Shown here: positions 45,222 to 55,275 of the stretch, piece after piece | Layout of the letters: every line of letters begins with the position of its first letter | Position numbering within the stretch: position 1 is the stretch's first letter | Source: Candidatus Zixiibacteriota bacterium | GTDB taxonomy: Bacteria > Zixibacteria > MSB-5A5 > GN15 > FEB-12 | NCBI GenBank assembly: GCA_020346225.1 | Contig: CP070777.1 | Span: 2,764,736-2,828,735 of the forward strand | Direction of reading: 5' to 3' | Length of the DNA: 64,000 bases | Notes under the pieces: model-generated | The model's input: the letters and a program-made list of their open reading frames with translations, nothing else | Told to the model about the DNA's origin: nothing | Databases searched by the model: none | Program-made: the position numbers and the translations under genes

Positions 45222-47336
45222 ATGTTCAAGCAGAAGTCAAGTTTGCTGTATCTACTGACAGCTTTGGTGGCGGCCGTCTCCTTTTCAATGTTCACGGGCT
45301 GCGATTCGTCCAGTTCCGGGGGAGATGACACCAGCGGCGTGGATGTCACCGTTACCGCCGCTCCGATATCGGTCTCCATCGGCAGCTACTGCGTGGTCGA
45401 GGCGCTGGTAAGGTCCAATTCGGTGGCCTCGGCCGACCAGATCGTGACCTTTTCCGTCTCGCCGTCAAGCGGCGGAAGCTGCAGCCCGGCGGTTGATACT
45501 ACCGGTGCCGACGGCATCGCTGCGACCATGTTCACGCCGACCGCTACCGGCTCGGCCACAATCACCGCTAGCGTGGAAGGCACGGCCAGTACCGGCACGG
45601 CCAACGTAACGGTAACCGAGGAGGGAGAAACCGGCAGCGGCAGCGTTTCGATGACCGTCAATCCGACCCTTCTGTTCGCCAACGGCGAGGACACCTCGCG
45701 CGTGACCGTTCTGGTCCGCGACGCCAACGCCAACCCGGCTCCGGAGTCGACGCTGGTGAAGCTGTGCGCCGGTGAGAAGTTCGTCGACGAAGACGGCAAC
45801 GGGTACTGGTCCGAAGGCATCGACTCGCTCGTGTATGACCTGAATGAGAACGGTGAATGGGACGCGGTCGGTATCCTCCCGTCGGTGGCCTACACCAGCG
45901 GTGCTACCGGGACCGCTTCGGTCGATTTCGTCTCCGGTGAGAGAGCCGGTACCTACTATATCAAAGCTACTGTTGACGAGTCCGGCATCGAGGGCAGTGA
46001 TGAACAATCCGTCCAGCTCAACCCGGAAGCTGTTCTGCACTCGATTTACCTCGCCTCCGATAGCATCAACCTCGTGGTGGCGCATACCGGAGGGATTGAG
46101 ACAGCCGATCTGAGGGCAATCGGGTACGATATCCACGGCAATACCGTGCCGGAAGGCATGAGTATTACCTTCACCATCGTCAGCGGCCCTGACGGCGGCG
46201 AGTTCCTGGGCACCGATCCTCTGGCCACGGAGGCCGTGGCTCTCACCAACAGCCAGGGCGTGGCGACCGTTCAGCTTCATTCCGGTACCGTTTCGGGAAC
46301 GGTACGGATTCGCGCCTATTCCGGCACGGTTCTCTCCAACGCCACCCAGGTTATGATCTCGGCTGGCCCGCCCAAGTATATCGACGTTGCCATCGGCGAA
46401 GAGTGCAACTACCCCTACTGGGGCGTTGTCGGCGAGTATGTCGATGTGGTTGCAGTGGTAGTGGATACCTTCATGAACCCGGTCAACGATTCCACCGTCG
46501 TCTACTTCACCTGTGACGAAGGAAGCATGAAGTCCCACGAGGAAAGAACCGAAGAACTGGAAGGTGTTGCCTATACGCAGTGGATCTCATGTGAAAGCGA
46601 AGAAGGAGGCGATGGTATCGTCTGGGCCTACGCCGAAACCGCCGGCGGCACCGTGCGCGATTCATCCTATATGATAAATTCGGGGTGCCTCGCGTCGGTG
46701 GTTGCGACACCCAGCCTCGTCTATATGTATCCCGACGGTGTCTCCGAGGTGGACATTACTGTTTTCGGCGTTGACTCAAACTCCAACTTCGTTTACGGTG
46801 GTTACGTTATCGAAATATCGAACCCGCCGTTTCTTTCCCTTGACAACATCATCCTTGAGGACGGTTGCTACCGGTCTGAGGATCATGTGAAGTTACGGTC
46901 GACCGGATACCTGCGAATGGATTACTCGATGGACGGTGTCGCCGACGATGCCAGGGGTGACTCCGTAACTTATACCGCCTTTACCACCTGTGGCGGAAAC
47001 ATCAACTTCCTTACGGTCGTCCTCGTAACCGGTCCGGCTTACGGCTCGCAGTGCGATATTCAGGGGCCCGGCACCGGGCAGCCCAGCCAGACCCTCCAGT
47101 ATGTTGTCACGATCAAGGACCGCTGGGGCAACCCGCTCGGAGACCACGACCTTAATATCACCTGCAGCAGCGGCTCCCTGACAGTGGTAGACACACAGAC
47201 GAACGAGTATGGTGAGGTGTACTTCAACTGGACCGCTCCCGGGGCCGACGGCGACTATGTGATAACCGTCGACGATACCGATCCTCGCGGCGGTGTCATC
47301 CTCTATATGAAAGTCACCATCGAGACCCCGGCCTAA
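45222..47336 (+). CDS. Large lipoprotein with repeated bacterial Ig-like (Big_1/invasin-type) domains
   Basis: AGGAG RBS. Lipobox MFTGC. Repeated about 90-aa beta-rich modules (..A.V.D..GNP......V.F....G..). Confidence 0.75.
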   Translation: MFKQKSSLLYLLTALVAAVSFSMFTGCDSSSSGGDDTSGVDVTVTAAPISVSIGSYCVVEALVRSNSVASADQIVTFSVSPSSGGSCSPAVDTTGADGIAATMFTPTATGSATITASVEGTASTGTANVTVTEEGETGSGSVSMTVNPTLLFANGEDTSRVTVLVRDANANPAPESTLVKLCAGEKFVDEDGNGYWSEGIDSLVYDLNENGEWDAVGILPSVAYTSGATGTASVDFVSGERAGTYYIKATVDESGIEGSDEQSVQLNPEAVLHSIYLASDSINLVVAHTGGIETADLRAIGYDIHGNTVPEGMSITFTIVSGPDGGEFLGTDPLATEAVALTNSQGVATVQLHSGTVSGTVRIRAYSGTVLSNATQVMISAGPPKYIDVAIGEECNYPYWGVVGEYVDVVAVVVDTFMNPVNDSTVVYFTCDEGSMKSHEERTEELEGVAYTQWISCESEEGGDGIVWAYAETAGGTVRDSSYMINSGCLASVVATPSLVYMYPDGVSEVDITVFGVDSNSNFVYGGYVIEISNPPFLSLDNIILEDGCYRSEDHVKLRSTGYLRMDYSMDGVADDARGDSVTYTAFTTCGGNINFLTVVLVTGPAYGSQCDIQGPGTGQPSQTLQYVVTIKDRWGNPLGDHDLNITCSSGSLTVVDTQTNEYGEVYFNWTAPGADGDYVITVDDTDPRGGVILYMKVTIETPA

Positions 47337-47356
47337 GGCACCAAACGTCAATATCA

Positions 47357-47387
47357 AACCGCCGGCTTTAGCCGGCGGTTTTTTTAT
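47357..47387 (+). terminator. Rho-independent terminator
   Basis: 10-bp stem AACCGCCGGC/GCCGGCGGTT with loop TTTA, followed by TTTTTTT. Confidence 0.88.
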
Positions 47388-47457
47388 TGCAGCCGCCGGA
47401 AGCGGCAAGCCAAGTTTTCGCTTTCCCGTGGTGAGAGTTTTGCCTTAATTTGATATC

Positions 47458-49149
47458 ATGCCGTCCAACGACGATATCGATACCAGGCAGCAAACGAGCC
47501 TCTTTGAAGCATTCGAAGAAGTCGCCCTGGGGTGCCCCAAACAGGTTGCCTTCAAAGCCGACGGCGGTAACGGGAAGCACTATACCTACTGCGAGGTGGC
47601 CCAATTGGTGCGGCGGCTGGCCAACGGCTTGGCAGCGGCGCCGTACGCCGACTGCGATGAAATCGGCCTCCTCTCCGAAAACCGACCCGAATGGTGCCTG
47701 GCCTACTTGGCCGTAACTGCCGCCGGCAAGACGGTGGTGCCCATCGACGCCAACCTGAAGCCTGCCGAGATCGGTTACATCCTGGGGCACGCCCGCCTTA
47801 AGGCACTCTTTGCCTCCGGGCGTTTCGAAGGGCAGCTGACCGAAACCTACCCTCACCTGAAAGTCATCTCTTTTGAAAAGGGTTCGTCGACCTTCTGGCG
47901 AAAACTCCTGACCGAGAGCCCGCCCGAAGCGCTGACGCTGGTCAACCCGGTGGCGGCGCTAATCTATACTTCCGGTACGACCGGCAGCCCCAAAGCGGTT
48001 CAGCTTACCCATCGCAACCTGCTGGCCAACATCGAGGGCGTCAAACCGTCGCTGCCGTTCGACAACAGCGATATTTTCCTGTCGATCCTTCCTCTGCACC
48101 ATACTTTCGAGGCCACCTGCGGTTTTCTGGTCCCCCTGATGTCCGGCTCGACCATAATCTATGCCCGGTCTTTAAAATCGAAGGAAATCAAAGAGGATAT
48201 CGAAGCCAACCGGGTAACCGTCATGAGCGGGGTGCCGTTGCTTTACGAGAAGCTCTACCACTCGATCAAGCGGGGCATCGGCTCGGCGCCGCCGCAGACG
48301 AGGGCCGTTTTCAAGGTCCTCTACGGCCTGTCGGCGATCGGCTGGATGGTCGGGGGCAAGTGGGGGCGGGGCCTGTATCGCGGTCTGCGCCGGAAGGCCG
48401 GACTGAGGTCAATCAGAATGTTTGTTGCGGGCGGCGCTGCTCTGCCACCGCACATTTGCCGGTTTTTTAACCTGCTGGGCCTGGATATGCTTCAGGGCTA
48501 CGGCATGACCGAGTGTTCACCGGTAATCTCGGTGAATCGGCCCGATAACATCAAGTTCGGGTCGGTGGGGTTGCCCCTTAAGAATGTCCAGGTTAGAATC
48601 GACCGGCCTGACTCCTCCGGCGTCGGCGAGATACTCATCAAGGGGGACAATGTCACCCCCGGTTATCGGAACGACCCGGAAAAGAATGCCGAACTGCTCA
48701 GAGACGGCTGGCTGCACACCGGGGACCTGGGGCGGCTCAAAGACGGTCACCTCTGGATTACCGGTCGAAAGAAGAACCTGATTGTGTCGGCGGCGGGAAA
48801 GAACATCTATCCGGAACAGATTGAGGAGATGCTGCTTCAGTCGGACTTCATCCTCGAATCGGTTGCTTTCGGCCGCAGGAAGGCCGGCAGGCAGGGGGAA
48901 GAGGTCTGCGCCATTATTGTCCCCGATCTGGAGCAGTTTCAGGTGGCTCACGGGATCGAGCCGGTTAAGCCCGACCGGGGTAAAATTGAATCGGTGATTC
49001 GAGCGGAAGTTAACCGGATAAATCGTCAGATGGCCGACTACAAGCGGGTCAGCGACTTTCAGGTCAGGCTCGAGGAGCTGGAAAAGACCTCGAGCAAGAA
49101 GGTCAAGCGATTCATTTATAAGCAGGGCGAAAGCGGCGAACGGGAATGA
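47458..49149 (+). CDS. AMP-dependent long-chain acyl-CoA synthetase/ligase
   Basis: AMP-binding motif YTSGTTGSPKAV, with later GYGMTE and TGDLG..DGHLWITGRKK. Confidence 0.88.
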   Translation: MPSNDDIDTRQQTSLFEAFEEVALGCPKQVAFKADGGNGKHYTYCEVAQLVRRLANGLAAAPYADCDEIGLLSENRPEWCLAYLAVTAAGKTVVPIDANLKPAEIGYILGHARLKALFASGRFEGQLTETYPHLKVISFEKGSSTFWRKLLTESPPEALTLVNPVAALIYTSGTTGSPKAVQLTHRNLLANIEGVKPSLPFDNSDIFLSILPLHHTFEATCGFLVPLMSGSTIIYARSLKSKEIKEDIEANRVTVMSGVPLLYEKLYHSIKRGIGSAPPQTRAVFKVLYGLSAIGWMVGGKWGRGLYRGLRRKAGLRSIRMFVAGGAALPPHICRFFNLLGLDMLQGYGMTECSPVISVNRPDNIKFGSVGLPLKNVQVRIDRPDSSGVGEILIKGDNVTPGYRNDPEKNAELLRDGWLHTGDLGRLKDGHLWITGRKKNLIVSAAGKNIYPEQIEEMLLQSDFILESVAFGRRKAGRQGEEVCAIIVPDLEQFQVAHGIEPVKPDRGKIESVIRAEVNRINRQMADYKRVSDFQVRLEELEKTSSKKVKRFIYKQGESGERE

Positions 49150-49152
49150 GAG

Positions 49153-49569
49153 ATGGTCAAAACCGATGAGCTGAAATTCCACACCCGCGGCGCCGGTGAT
49201 ATAATCGATATAACCTCGCGCATTCAGAAGCTGGTGTCAAAGTCCGGACTGTTATCGGGAACGGCCACCGCCTTCGTGCCAGGGTCGACGGCCGGGTTGA
49301 CGACCATCGAGTACGAACCGGGTCTCTTGAAAGACCTGCCGCAACTCATGGAAAGGCTGGTTCCATCGGGCCAATCCTATCATCACGATGAAACCTGGCA
49401 CGACGGTAACGGTTTTTCGCACCTGCGCTCCGCCATGATTGGACCCGATGTGACGGTGCCGTTCGCTGGCGGCAAATTGCTGCTGGGTACCTGGCAGCAG
49501 ATCGTCTTTCTGGAGTTCGACAACCGGGCTCGTGACCGCCGGGTCATACTGCAAATAATGGGTGAGTGA
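49153..49569 (+). CDS. YjbQ/UPF0047-family protein (secondary thiamine-phosphate synthase-like)
   Basis: Typical size of about 138 aa and motifs HTT/SAGLTINE-like (TAGLTTIEYEPG) and H.R..L.G. Confidence 0.8.
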   Translation: MVKTDELKFHTRGAGDIIDITSRIQKLVSKSGLLSGTATAFVPGSTAGLTTIEYEPGLLKDLPQLMERLVPSGQSYHHDETWHDGNGFSHLRSAMIGPDVTVPFAGGKLLLGTWQQIVFLEFDNRARDRRVILQIMGE

Positions 49570-50570
49570 CGCTCATGATAAAATCGATTGAAAGGGCCGG
49601 CGCCGGACTTCGCTGGATAGACCAGACCAAGCTGCCGGGTAAACTCAGTTACAGGGAATCGACCGATTATTTCGAGATCATCCGGGCCATCAAGCGGCTC
49701 GAAATTCGCGGGGCCCCGGCTATCGGCATTGCCGCCGCCTATGGAATGGCGGTGGCGGTGGAAAAAGCGCGGGTGTTCGATCTGGCCTTTATCAAGCAGG
49801 TAGGCAGTCAGTTCAAGAAGGCCCGTCCGACCGCGATCAACCTGTTCTGGGCGGTGGACCGTGTCGTTGCGCGGGCCGAAGCGGACGGCTCGGGGGCGGT
49901 TTCTGACTCTGGCTGTCTCTGGCAGGAAGCCGAGGCCATCCATTCCGAGGACGCCGAGATGTGCCGAAAAATAGGCGAGAACGGCGCGGAACTGATCGAA
50001 GACGGCGAGACCGTCCTGACGCACTGCAACACCGGGGCGCTGGCCACGGGGGGTATCGGCACGGCCCTCGGGGTTATCTACACCTGTCGCAACCGGGGCA
50101 AGAACCTCCGCGTGTTTGCCGACGAAACCCGGCCGCTTCTGCAGGGAGCGCGGCTGACCGCCTGGGAACTCAAGCAGGAGAATATCGACGTCACATTGAT
50201 TTGCGACAACACGGCCGGTAGCCTCATGCGTCAGGGTCGAATTGACCGTGTCATCGTCGGGGCCGACCGTATCGCCCGCAACGGCGACGTGGCCAATAAG
50301 ATAGGCACTTATTCGCTGGCCGTACTGGCCAGAGAAAACAATGTCCCTTTCTATGTGGCGGCGCCATCCTCGACTTTTGACCGCCAGGTTGAATCAGGCG
50401 ACCTGATCCCCATCGAAGAGCGGCCGGCCGAGGAAGTCACCGACTGTTTCACAACCCGGACTGCCCCCGAAGGAATCGCCGTCTACTCGCCCGCCTTCGA
50501 CATCACCCCCCGCGACCTCGTCAGCCGGTATATCAGCGATACCGGGGTCGAAACCGGCGGTCGCGCCTGA
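49566..50570 (+). CDS. mtnA: S-methyl-5-thioribose-1-phosphate isomerase (eIF-2B-like family)
   Basis: IRGAPAIG, RPTAINL and GADRIA.NGD.ANKIGTY motifs. The start is GTG 49566 or ATG 49575. Confidence 0.85.
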   Translation: MTLMIKSIERAGAGLRWIDQTKLPGKLSYRESTDYFEIIRAIKRLEIRGAPAIGIAAAYGMAVAVEKARVFDLAFIKQVGSQFKKARPTAINLFWAVDRVVARAEADGSGAVSDSGCLWQEAEAIHSEDAEMCRKIGENGAELIEDGETVLTHCNTGALATGGIGTALGVIYTCRNRGKNLRVFADETRPLLQGARLTAWELKQENIDVTLICDNTAGSLMRQGRIDRVIVGADRIARNGDVANKIGTYSLAVLARENNVPFYVAAPSSTFDRQVESGDLIPIEERPAEEVTDCFTTRTAPEGIAVYSPAFDITPRDLVSRYISDTGVETGGRA

Positions 50571-50684
50571 GTCGCCTCTCTTCTTTACCGGCTGGCCGCA
50601 GAATACCCAAACTTAAAGTTGCTTTTCACTCCTTCCGATTAATATCATAGGCGAATCGGACAGGAGTGAAGTGCGGTAACGAGT

Positions 50685-51320
50685 ATGGCACGCCGTAAGA
50701 CGCAAAGAAAGGCCCTGCGGGCCCTCAACTACGACATGTTCAGGCCGGAAAATGTCGCCCCGCCGCCCCCGGCCACGATCGATACAAAAATAAAACGTCA
50801 CACCGAGCGACAGCCAAGTGCCGCGCTCGAGCTACCGGTACCCGGTGCTGGCAAGCTGCCTCAGGATAACGAACTGTATCGGATGTATGACCTTTACAAC
50901 TGGCTGTACTTCGGCGGCAAGTTGCCCCGGGTCAGCATCGAGTATTCCGGCCGTATGACTTCGGCCGGCTCTTACTCCTGGCACAACAAGTGCATCAGAA
51001 TAAGCCGCAAGTATCACGAGATCTTCCCCGACGAAATCTCCGACACTCTCAAACATGAGATGCTGCACATCAAGCACCATCGCCACGATGCCGCCTTCAA
51101 AAAGGAAGCCGCACGGATCGGTGCGTCGGTACGGGCCAAAAGGCACCCATTGCTGGAACGGTCGCCGCGGTACGTGTATATCTGCCCGAAGTGCAGGTCG
51201 GAATACCCCCGCCAGAAGCGCCTGCGGATGGCCTCCTGCGGCGACTGTTCGCGCGGCGGGCGCTTCGATCCGAGATATAAGCTGGTTCTTATAAGAAGCA
51301 TAAAGCGGTCCCAGAAGTGA
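50685..51320 (+). CDS. SprT-like zinc metallopeptidase domain protein with a C-terminal Zn-ribbon
   Basis: HEMLH motif. C-terminal CPKC...CGDC. Confidence 0.7.
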   Translation: MARRKTQRKALRALNYDMFRPENVAPPPPATIDTKIKRHTERQPSAALELPVPGAGKLPQDNELYRMYDLYNWLYFGGKLPRVSIEYSGRMTSAGSYSWHNKCIRISRKYHEIFPDEISDTLKHEMLHIKHHRHDAAFKKEAARIGASVRAKRHPLLERSPRYVYICPKCRSEYPRQKRLRMASCGDCSRGGRFDPRYKLVLIRSIKRSQK

Positions 51321-51435
51321 GTCATTCGCCGGCAACCCTGCCCTAACCTTTTATAACTAAACATATTGCCGCAACGACCGATATCTGTGATGGGCCGGCC
51401 GATAGAGTGGCGGCTCTATTTTTTGAACCTTTGTG

Positions 51436-51463
51436 TTGACAAGAGAGAAAAGTTAATTATCTT
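51436..51463 (+). promoter_or_regulatory. Candidate sigma70-type promoter for rplM-rpsI
   Basis: TTGACA (51436-51441), a 16-nt spacer, then TATCTT (51458-51463), about 45 nt upstream of the rplM start. Confidence 0.4.
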
Positions 51464-51508
51464 TACGGGCTATTTTTGTAAACGCTAATGGGATAACCGG
51501 GTTGGAAG

Positions 51509-51943
51509 ATGAAGACATTTGTGCCGAAAATTGACCCCAGAAACCGAAAGTGGTTCGTCATCGATCTTGACAACGTCGTTCTCGGCCGGGCTGCGGTCAA
51601 AGTCGCCAATATCTTACGGGGCAAGGACAAGCCGATTTTCACGCCTCACCTCGATACCGGCGATCATGTTATCGCCGTCAACGCCAAAGGCATTCGGGTG
51701 ACCGGCAAGAATACGCCCAATAACCTGAGATATTACCGTTATTCGGGGTATCCGGGGGGGCTTAAGGAAGCCACATATGCCGAGTTGATGCAGAAACGGC
51801 CGGATGAAGTATTTCGGCTGGCTGTGAAACGGATGTTACCTAAGAACCGGTTGGGACGCAAGATGTTCAGGAAGCTGCATGTCTATGCCGGCCCGGAACA
51901 TCCGCACCAGGCTCAGAAACCGGAAGTATTAAAACTCAGTTAG
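51509..51943 (+). CDS. rplM: 50S ribosomal protein L13
   Basis: Canonical L13 sequence (WFVIDL...LGR.A..VA..LRGK). Confidence 0.96.
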   Translation: MKTFVPKIDPRNRKWFVIDLDNVVLGRAAVKVANILRGKDKPIFTPHLDTGDHVIAVNAKGIRVTGKNTPNNLRYYRYSGYPGGLKEATYAELMQKRPDEVFRLAVKRMLPKNRLGRKMFRKLHVYAGPEHPHQAQKPEVLKLS

Positions 51944-51956
51944 AATATAAAGTAGT

Positions 51957-52349
51957 ATGGAGCAACAGAATTTTGCCGCGACGGGTCGTCGCAAGGAATC
52001 CGTCGCACGCGTTGAATTGAAGCCCGGCAAAGGCAAGTTCGTCATAAACGGCAAGCAAATCGCCGCTTATCTGACACGCGAAACACTGGTCAATCACGCC
52101 CAGAGACCTCTTGAGGTCACCGAGACCATGGGCAAGGTGGACGTGCGCTGCACCGCCACCGGCGGCGGCCTCTCCGGCCAGGCCGGAGCTGTCAGATTGG
52201 CCGTAGCCCGGGCGCTCGTCGCCATGAATCCGGATTTCCATCGAACTCTGCGGTCAGGGGGTTATCTCACCCGCGACCCGCGTGAAGTCGAGAGGAAAAA
52301 ATACGGTCAGCCTAAAGCCCGTAAGCGCTTCCAGTATTCGAAGCGTTAA
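51957..52349 (+). CDS. rpsI: 30S ribosomal protein S9
   Basis: Canonical S9 ending ...ERKKYGQPKARKRFQYSKR. Confidence 0.96.
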   Translation: MEQQNFAATGRRKESVARVELKPGKGKFVINGKQIAAYLTRETLVNHAQRPLEVTETMGKVDVRCTATGGGLSGQAGAVRLAVARALVAMNPDFHRTLRSGGYLTRDPREVERKKYGQPKARKRFQYSKR

Positions 52350-52389
52350 AATTTGAATAGTGATCCCCGACGGCGGGGAAATAAACAAT

Positions 52390-52449
52390 CCCGGTGGACC
52401 TGTCTCCTCGGTCCCGCTTCTTCGGGCTGGAGACGGGAGGGAAGCCGGG
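52390..52449 (+). promoter_or_regulatory. Structured 5' leader upstream of rpsB (three-tier stem-loop)
   Basis: Nested complementary pairs CCCGG/CCGGG, GTCTCC/GGAGAC and CCCG/CGGG, located 30-90 nt upstream of the rpsB ATG. Confidence 0.35.
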
Positions 52450-52480
52450 GTGAAGGTTAACCATTAAATCCAAGGCTGGT

Positions 52481-53275
52481 ATGATCTCACCACAGATTAA
52501 GGAACTACTTGAAGCCGGGGTCCATTTCGGGCATCAGACTCGTCGCTGGAACCCCAAAATGAAGCCGTTTATTTTCGGCGCCCGCAACGGTATCTACATC
52601 ATTGATCTGCACAAGACGCTCGATGCCCTCGAGAACGCCAAGAAGAAGATTCGCGAGGTTATCAGCAAGGGCCGCAGCATTCTGTTTGTCGGCACCAAGA
52701 AGCAGGCCAAAGAAGTGCTGGAAGCGGAAGCGGTCCGCTGCGGGGCCTTCTACGTGACCGAGCGATGGCTCGGCGGTATGCTGACCAATTTCAATACCAT
52801 CAAAAATTCCATTAAGAAGCTTAAGGATATCGAGCGCATGGGCGAAGACGGCACTCTGGAGAAGTTCACCAAGAAAGAGCGCGCCGGTATCGAGAAAGAG
52901 GCGGAGAAACTGAACAAGGTGCTGGGCGGTATCAAGCAGATGAATTTCCTCCCGGGCCTGGTGATTGTGGTCGATGCCAAGAAAGAGCGCATCGCCGTCG
53001 CCGAAGCCTCCAAGCTCAACATCCCGATTATAGGCATCGTCGACACCAATGCCGACCCTGACCCCATTGACTTTCCCATTGCCGGTAATGACGACGCCAT
53101 CAAATCCATTCGCGTACTGATAAGGCATCTGGTCGATGAAGCGGTTAATGTCAAGCACGGCGCCACGCCGCAGATGATCGAGGCCGCCGCCGATGAAGAC
53201 AGAGAAACGCAACTAAAGACATATTCCACCGCTTCAGAAAGCGATGAGGTCGCTGGAGGCGGGGAGGAAAGATAG
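52481..53275 (+). CDS. rpsB: 30S ribosomal protein S2
   Basis: [19 protein letters not shown] and the rest of the canonical S2 sequence. Confidence 0.96.
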   Translation: MISPQIKELLEAGVHFGHQTRRWNPKMKPFIFGARNGIYIIDLHKTLDALENAKKKIREVISKGRSILFVGTKKQAKEVLEAEAVRCGAFYVTERWLGGMLTNFNTIKNSIKKLKDIERMGEDGTLEKFTKKERAGIEKEAEKLNKVLGGIKQMNFLPGLVIVVDAKKERIAVAEASKLNIPIIGIVDTNADPDPIDFPIAGNDDAIKSIRVLIRHLVDEAVNVKHGATPQMIEAAADEDRETQLKTYSTASESDEVAGGGEER

Positions 53276-53280
53276 ATCCT

Positions 53281-53874
53281 ATGCAGATTACAGCCAAGAT
53301 GGTCAAGGAGCTCCGGGAGAGAACCGGGGCCGGCATGATGGACTGCAAGAAAGCCCTAACGGCCACCGAAGGCAACTTCGATAAAGCGATCGAGCACCTG
53401 CGCCAGCAGGGCATCGCCCGGGCAGCGTCAAAAGAGGGTCGCCGCACGGCCGAAGGCGTCATCGCTACTTATGTGCACACCGGGGATAAGCTCGGTGTTA
53501 TGGTGGAAATCAATTGCGAAACCGACTTCGTCGCGCGGACCGATAAGTTCAAGGATTTCGCCCGCGACGTGGCCATGCATATCGCGGCTTCCAGCCCGCT
53601 TTGCGTCAGGCGGGAGGAACTGCCCGAAGATACCGTCAGTAAGGAACGGGAGATTTATCGTCAGCAGGCGCTCAACGAAGGCAAACCCGAGAAGGTTCTT
53701 GACAAGATTGTAAGCGGCAAGCTGGACAAGTACTTCAGCGACGTCGTCTTGCTGGAGCAGCCTTTTGTCAAGGACAACGACCTGACCGTAGAAGAATTCG
53801 CCAAGAACATGGTCGCCTCTCTCGGTGAAAACATTATCATCCGTCGCTTCTCCCGTTTTCGATTGGGTGAATAG
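53281..53874 (+). CDS. tsf: Translation elongation factor Ts (short form)
   Basis: [22 protein letters not shown]-like N-terminus. rpsB-tsf synteny. Confidence 0.94.
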   Translation: MQITAKMVKELRERTGAGMMDCKKALTATEGNFDKAIEHLRQQGIARAASKEGRRTAEGVIATYVHTGDKLGVMVEINCETDFVARTDKFKDFARDVAMHIAASSPLCVRREELPEDTVSKEREIYRQQALNEGKPEKVLDKIVSGKLDKYFSDVVLLEQPFVKDNDLTVEEFAKNMVASLGENIIIRRFSRFRLGE

Positions 53875-53876
53875 AC

Positions 53877-54602
53877 ATGGATACCGAAGGCAGCGAACCT
53901 GTATTCAAGCGCGTCCTTCTGAAGATCTCCGGTGAGGCCCTCATGGGCTCCCGTCAATTTGGCATCGACCCGGGCACCCTCGAGTCCATTTGCCGCCAGA
54001 TACAGGAAATCAAGCAGCTTGGCCTGGAGATAGGGGTGGTCGTCGGCGGCGGCAATATCTTCCGCGGCCTTCATGCCACCGAGCGCGGTATGGACCGTGT
54101 GACCGCCGACAACATGGGCATGCTGGCCACCGTCATCAATTCCCTGGCCATGATGGACACGCTGGAAAACCTGGGTATTTATACCCGCGTTATGTCGGCG
54201 GTGGGGATTGAAGCTTTCGCCGAGCCGTACATAAGGCGGCGGGCGGTGCGGCACATGGAAAAGGGCCGGCTGGTGATATTCGCGGCGGGGACGGGCAATC
54301 CTTATTTCAGTACCGATACGGCCGCCTCGCTGCGGGCTATGGAAGTCGGCGCCGAAATTCTCGTCAAGGCCACCAATGTCGACGGCGTCTACTCGGCCGA
54401 CCCCAAGAAGCACCGTGATGCCGTGTTTTATCCCCGGCTGAGCTATATGGATGTTCTCACCAAAGAACTCAGGGTTATTGACTCGACGGCTATCTCGCTG
54501 CTCAAGGAGAATGATATACCGGTGCGGGTCATCGACCTCAACACCCCGGGCAATCTGATGCGGGTGGTGATGGGTGAGGAGGTAGGCACCCTCATTTCTT
54601 AA
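53877..54602 (+). CDS. pyrH: UMP kinase
   Basis: [22 protein letters not shown] and TNVDGVY motifs. Confidence 0.95.
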   Translation: MDTEGSEPVFKRVLLKISGEALMGSRQFGIDPGTLESICRQIQEIKQLGLEIGVVVGGGNIFRGLHATERGMDRVTADNMGMLATVINSLAMMDTLENLGIYTRVMSAVGIEAFAEPYIRRRAVRHMEKGRLVIFAAGTGNPYFSTDTAASLRAMEVGAEILVKATNVDGVYSADPKKHRDAVFYPRLSYMDVLTKELRVIDSTAISLLKENDIPVRVIDLNTPGNLMRVVMGEEVGTLIS

Positions 54603-54644
54603 GTCGATAAACGAGGCGGGCGTTATAAAACAGGAGTTGCAAGC

Positions 54645-55202
54645 ATGTTCGAATCCATACTAAGGGAAACCAAACAGAGGATGCAAAAGAGCGTCGAGGC
54701 GGTTTCGCGGGAACTGGCCACCGTGCGGACCGGCAAGGCCTCGGTTCATCTGCTGGATTCCGTCAAGGTGGAAGCTTACGGAACGGTCATGCCGCTGAAT
54801 CAGGTGGCCAGCCTGAGCACCCCGGAACCGCGCCTTCTGGTGGTGCAGGCTTTCGACAAATCGACCGTGGGTGAAATCGTCAAGGGGATACAGAAGGCCG
54901 ATCTCGGCCTGAATCCCGTGGTGGAGGGGCAGATAGTCCGCGTACCGGTCCCGCCGCTCAACGAAGAACGCCGCAAGGAACTGGTCAAGCACTGTCGCAA
55001 TATCGCCGAAGACGGACGCGTGGCCGTCAGGAATATCCGTCGCGACGCCAACGAGCAGGCCAAAAAAGCACAGAAGGCCAAGGAGCTCTCCGAAGACCAG
55101 GAAGCTGACGCTCACGACGAAGTTCAGAAGCTGACCGATGACAGCATCAAGGCCATTGATGAGTTGCTCGGCAAGAAAGAAAAAGAGGTCATGGAAGTCT
55201 GA
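54645..55202 (+). CDS. frr: Ribosome recycling factor
   Basis: Canonical Frr sequence (..VRTGKAS..LLD.V.VE.YG...PL.Q.A..). Confidence 0.95.
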   Translation: MFESILRETKQRMQKSVEAVSRELATVRTGKASVHLLDSVKVEAYGTVMPLNQVASLSTPEPRLLVVQAFDKSTVGEIVKGIQKADLGLNPVVEGQIVRVPVPPLNEERRKELVKHCRNIAEDGRVAVRNIRRDANEQAKKAQKAKELSEDQEADAHDEVQKLTDDSIKAIDELLGKKEKEVMEV

Positions 55203-55234
55203 ACCTGCCATGGCTCCAATTGAAACGGACTGAG

Positions 55235-55262
55235 AACCGGGTCGGCGACCCGGTTTTTTTTT
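55235..55262 (+). terminator. Rho-independent terminator after frr
   Basis: 9-bp stem AACCGGGTC/GACCCGGTT with loop GGC, followed by a T9 run. Confidence 0.9.
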
Positions 55263-55275
55263 CTGACGGCTGGCC

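Noticed and set aside
45386-46538. Minus-strand ORFs of 357 and 144 aa.
   Set aside because: They are antisense to the Ig-like lipoprotein gene, which has an RBS, a lipobox and a repeat architecture.
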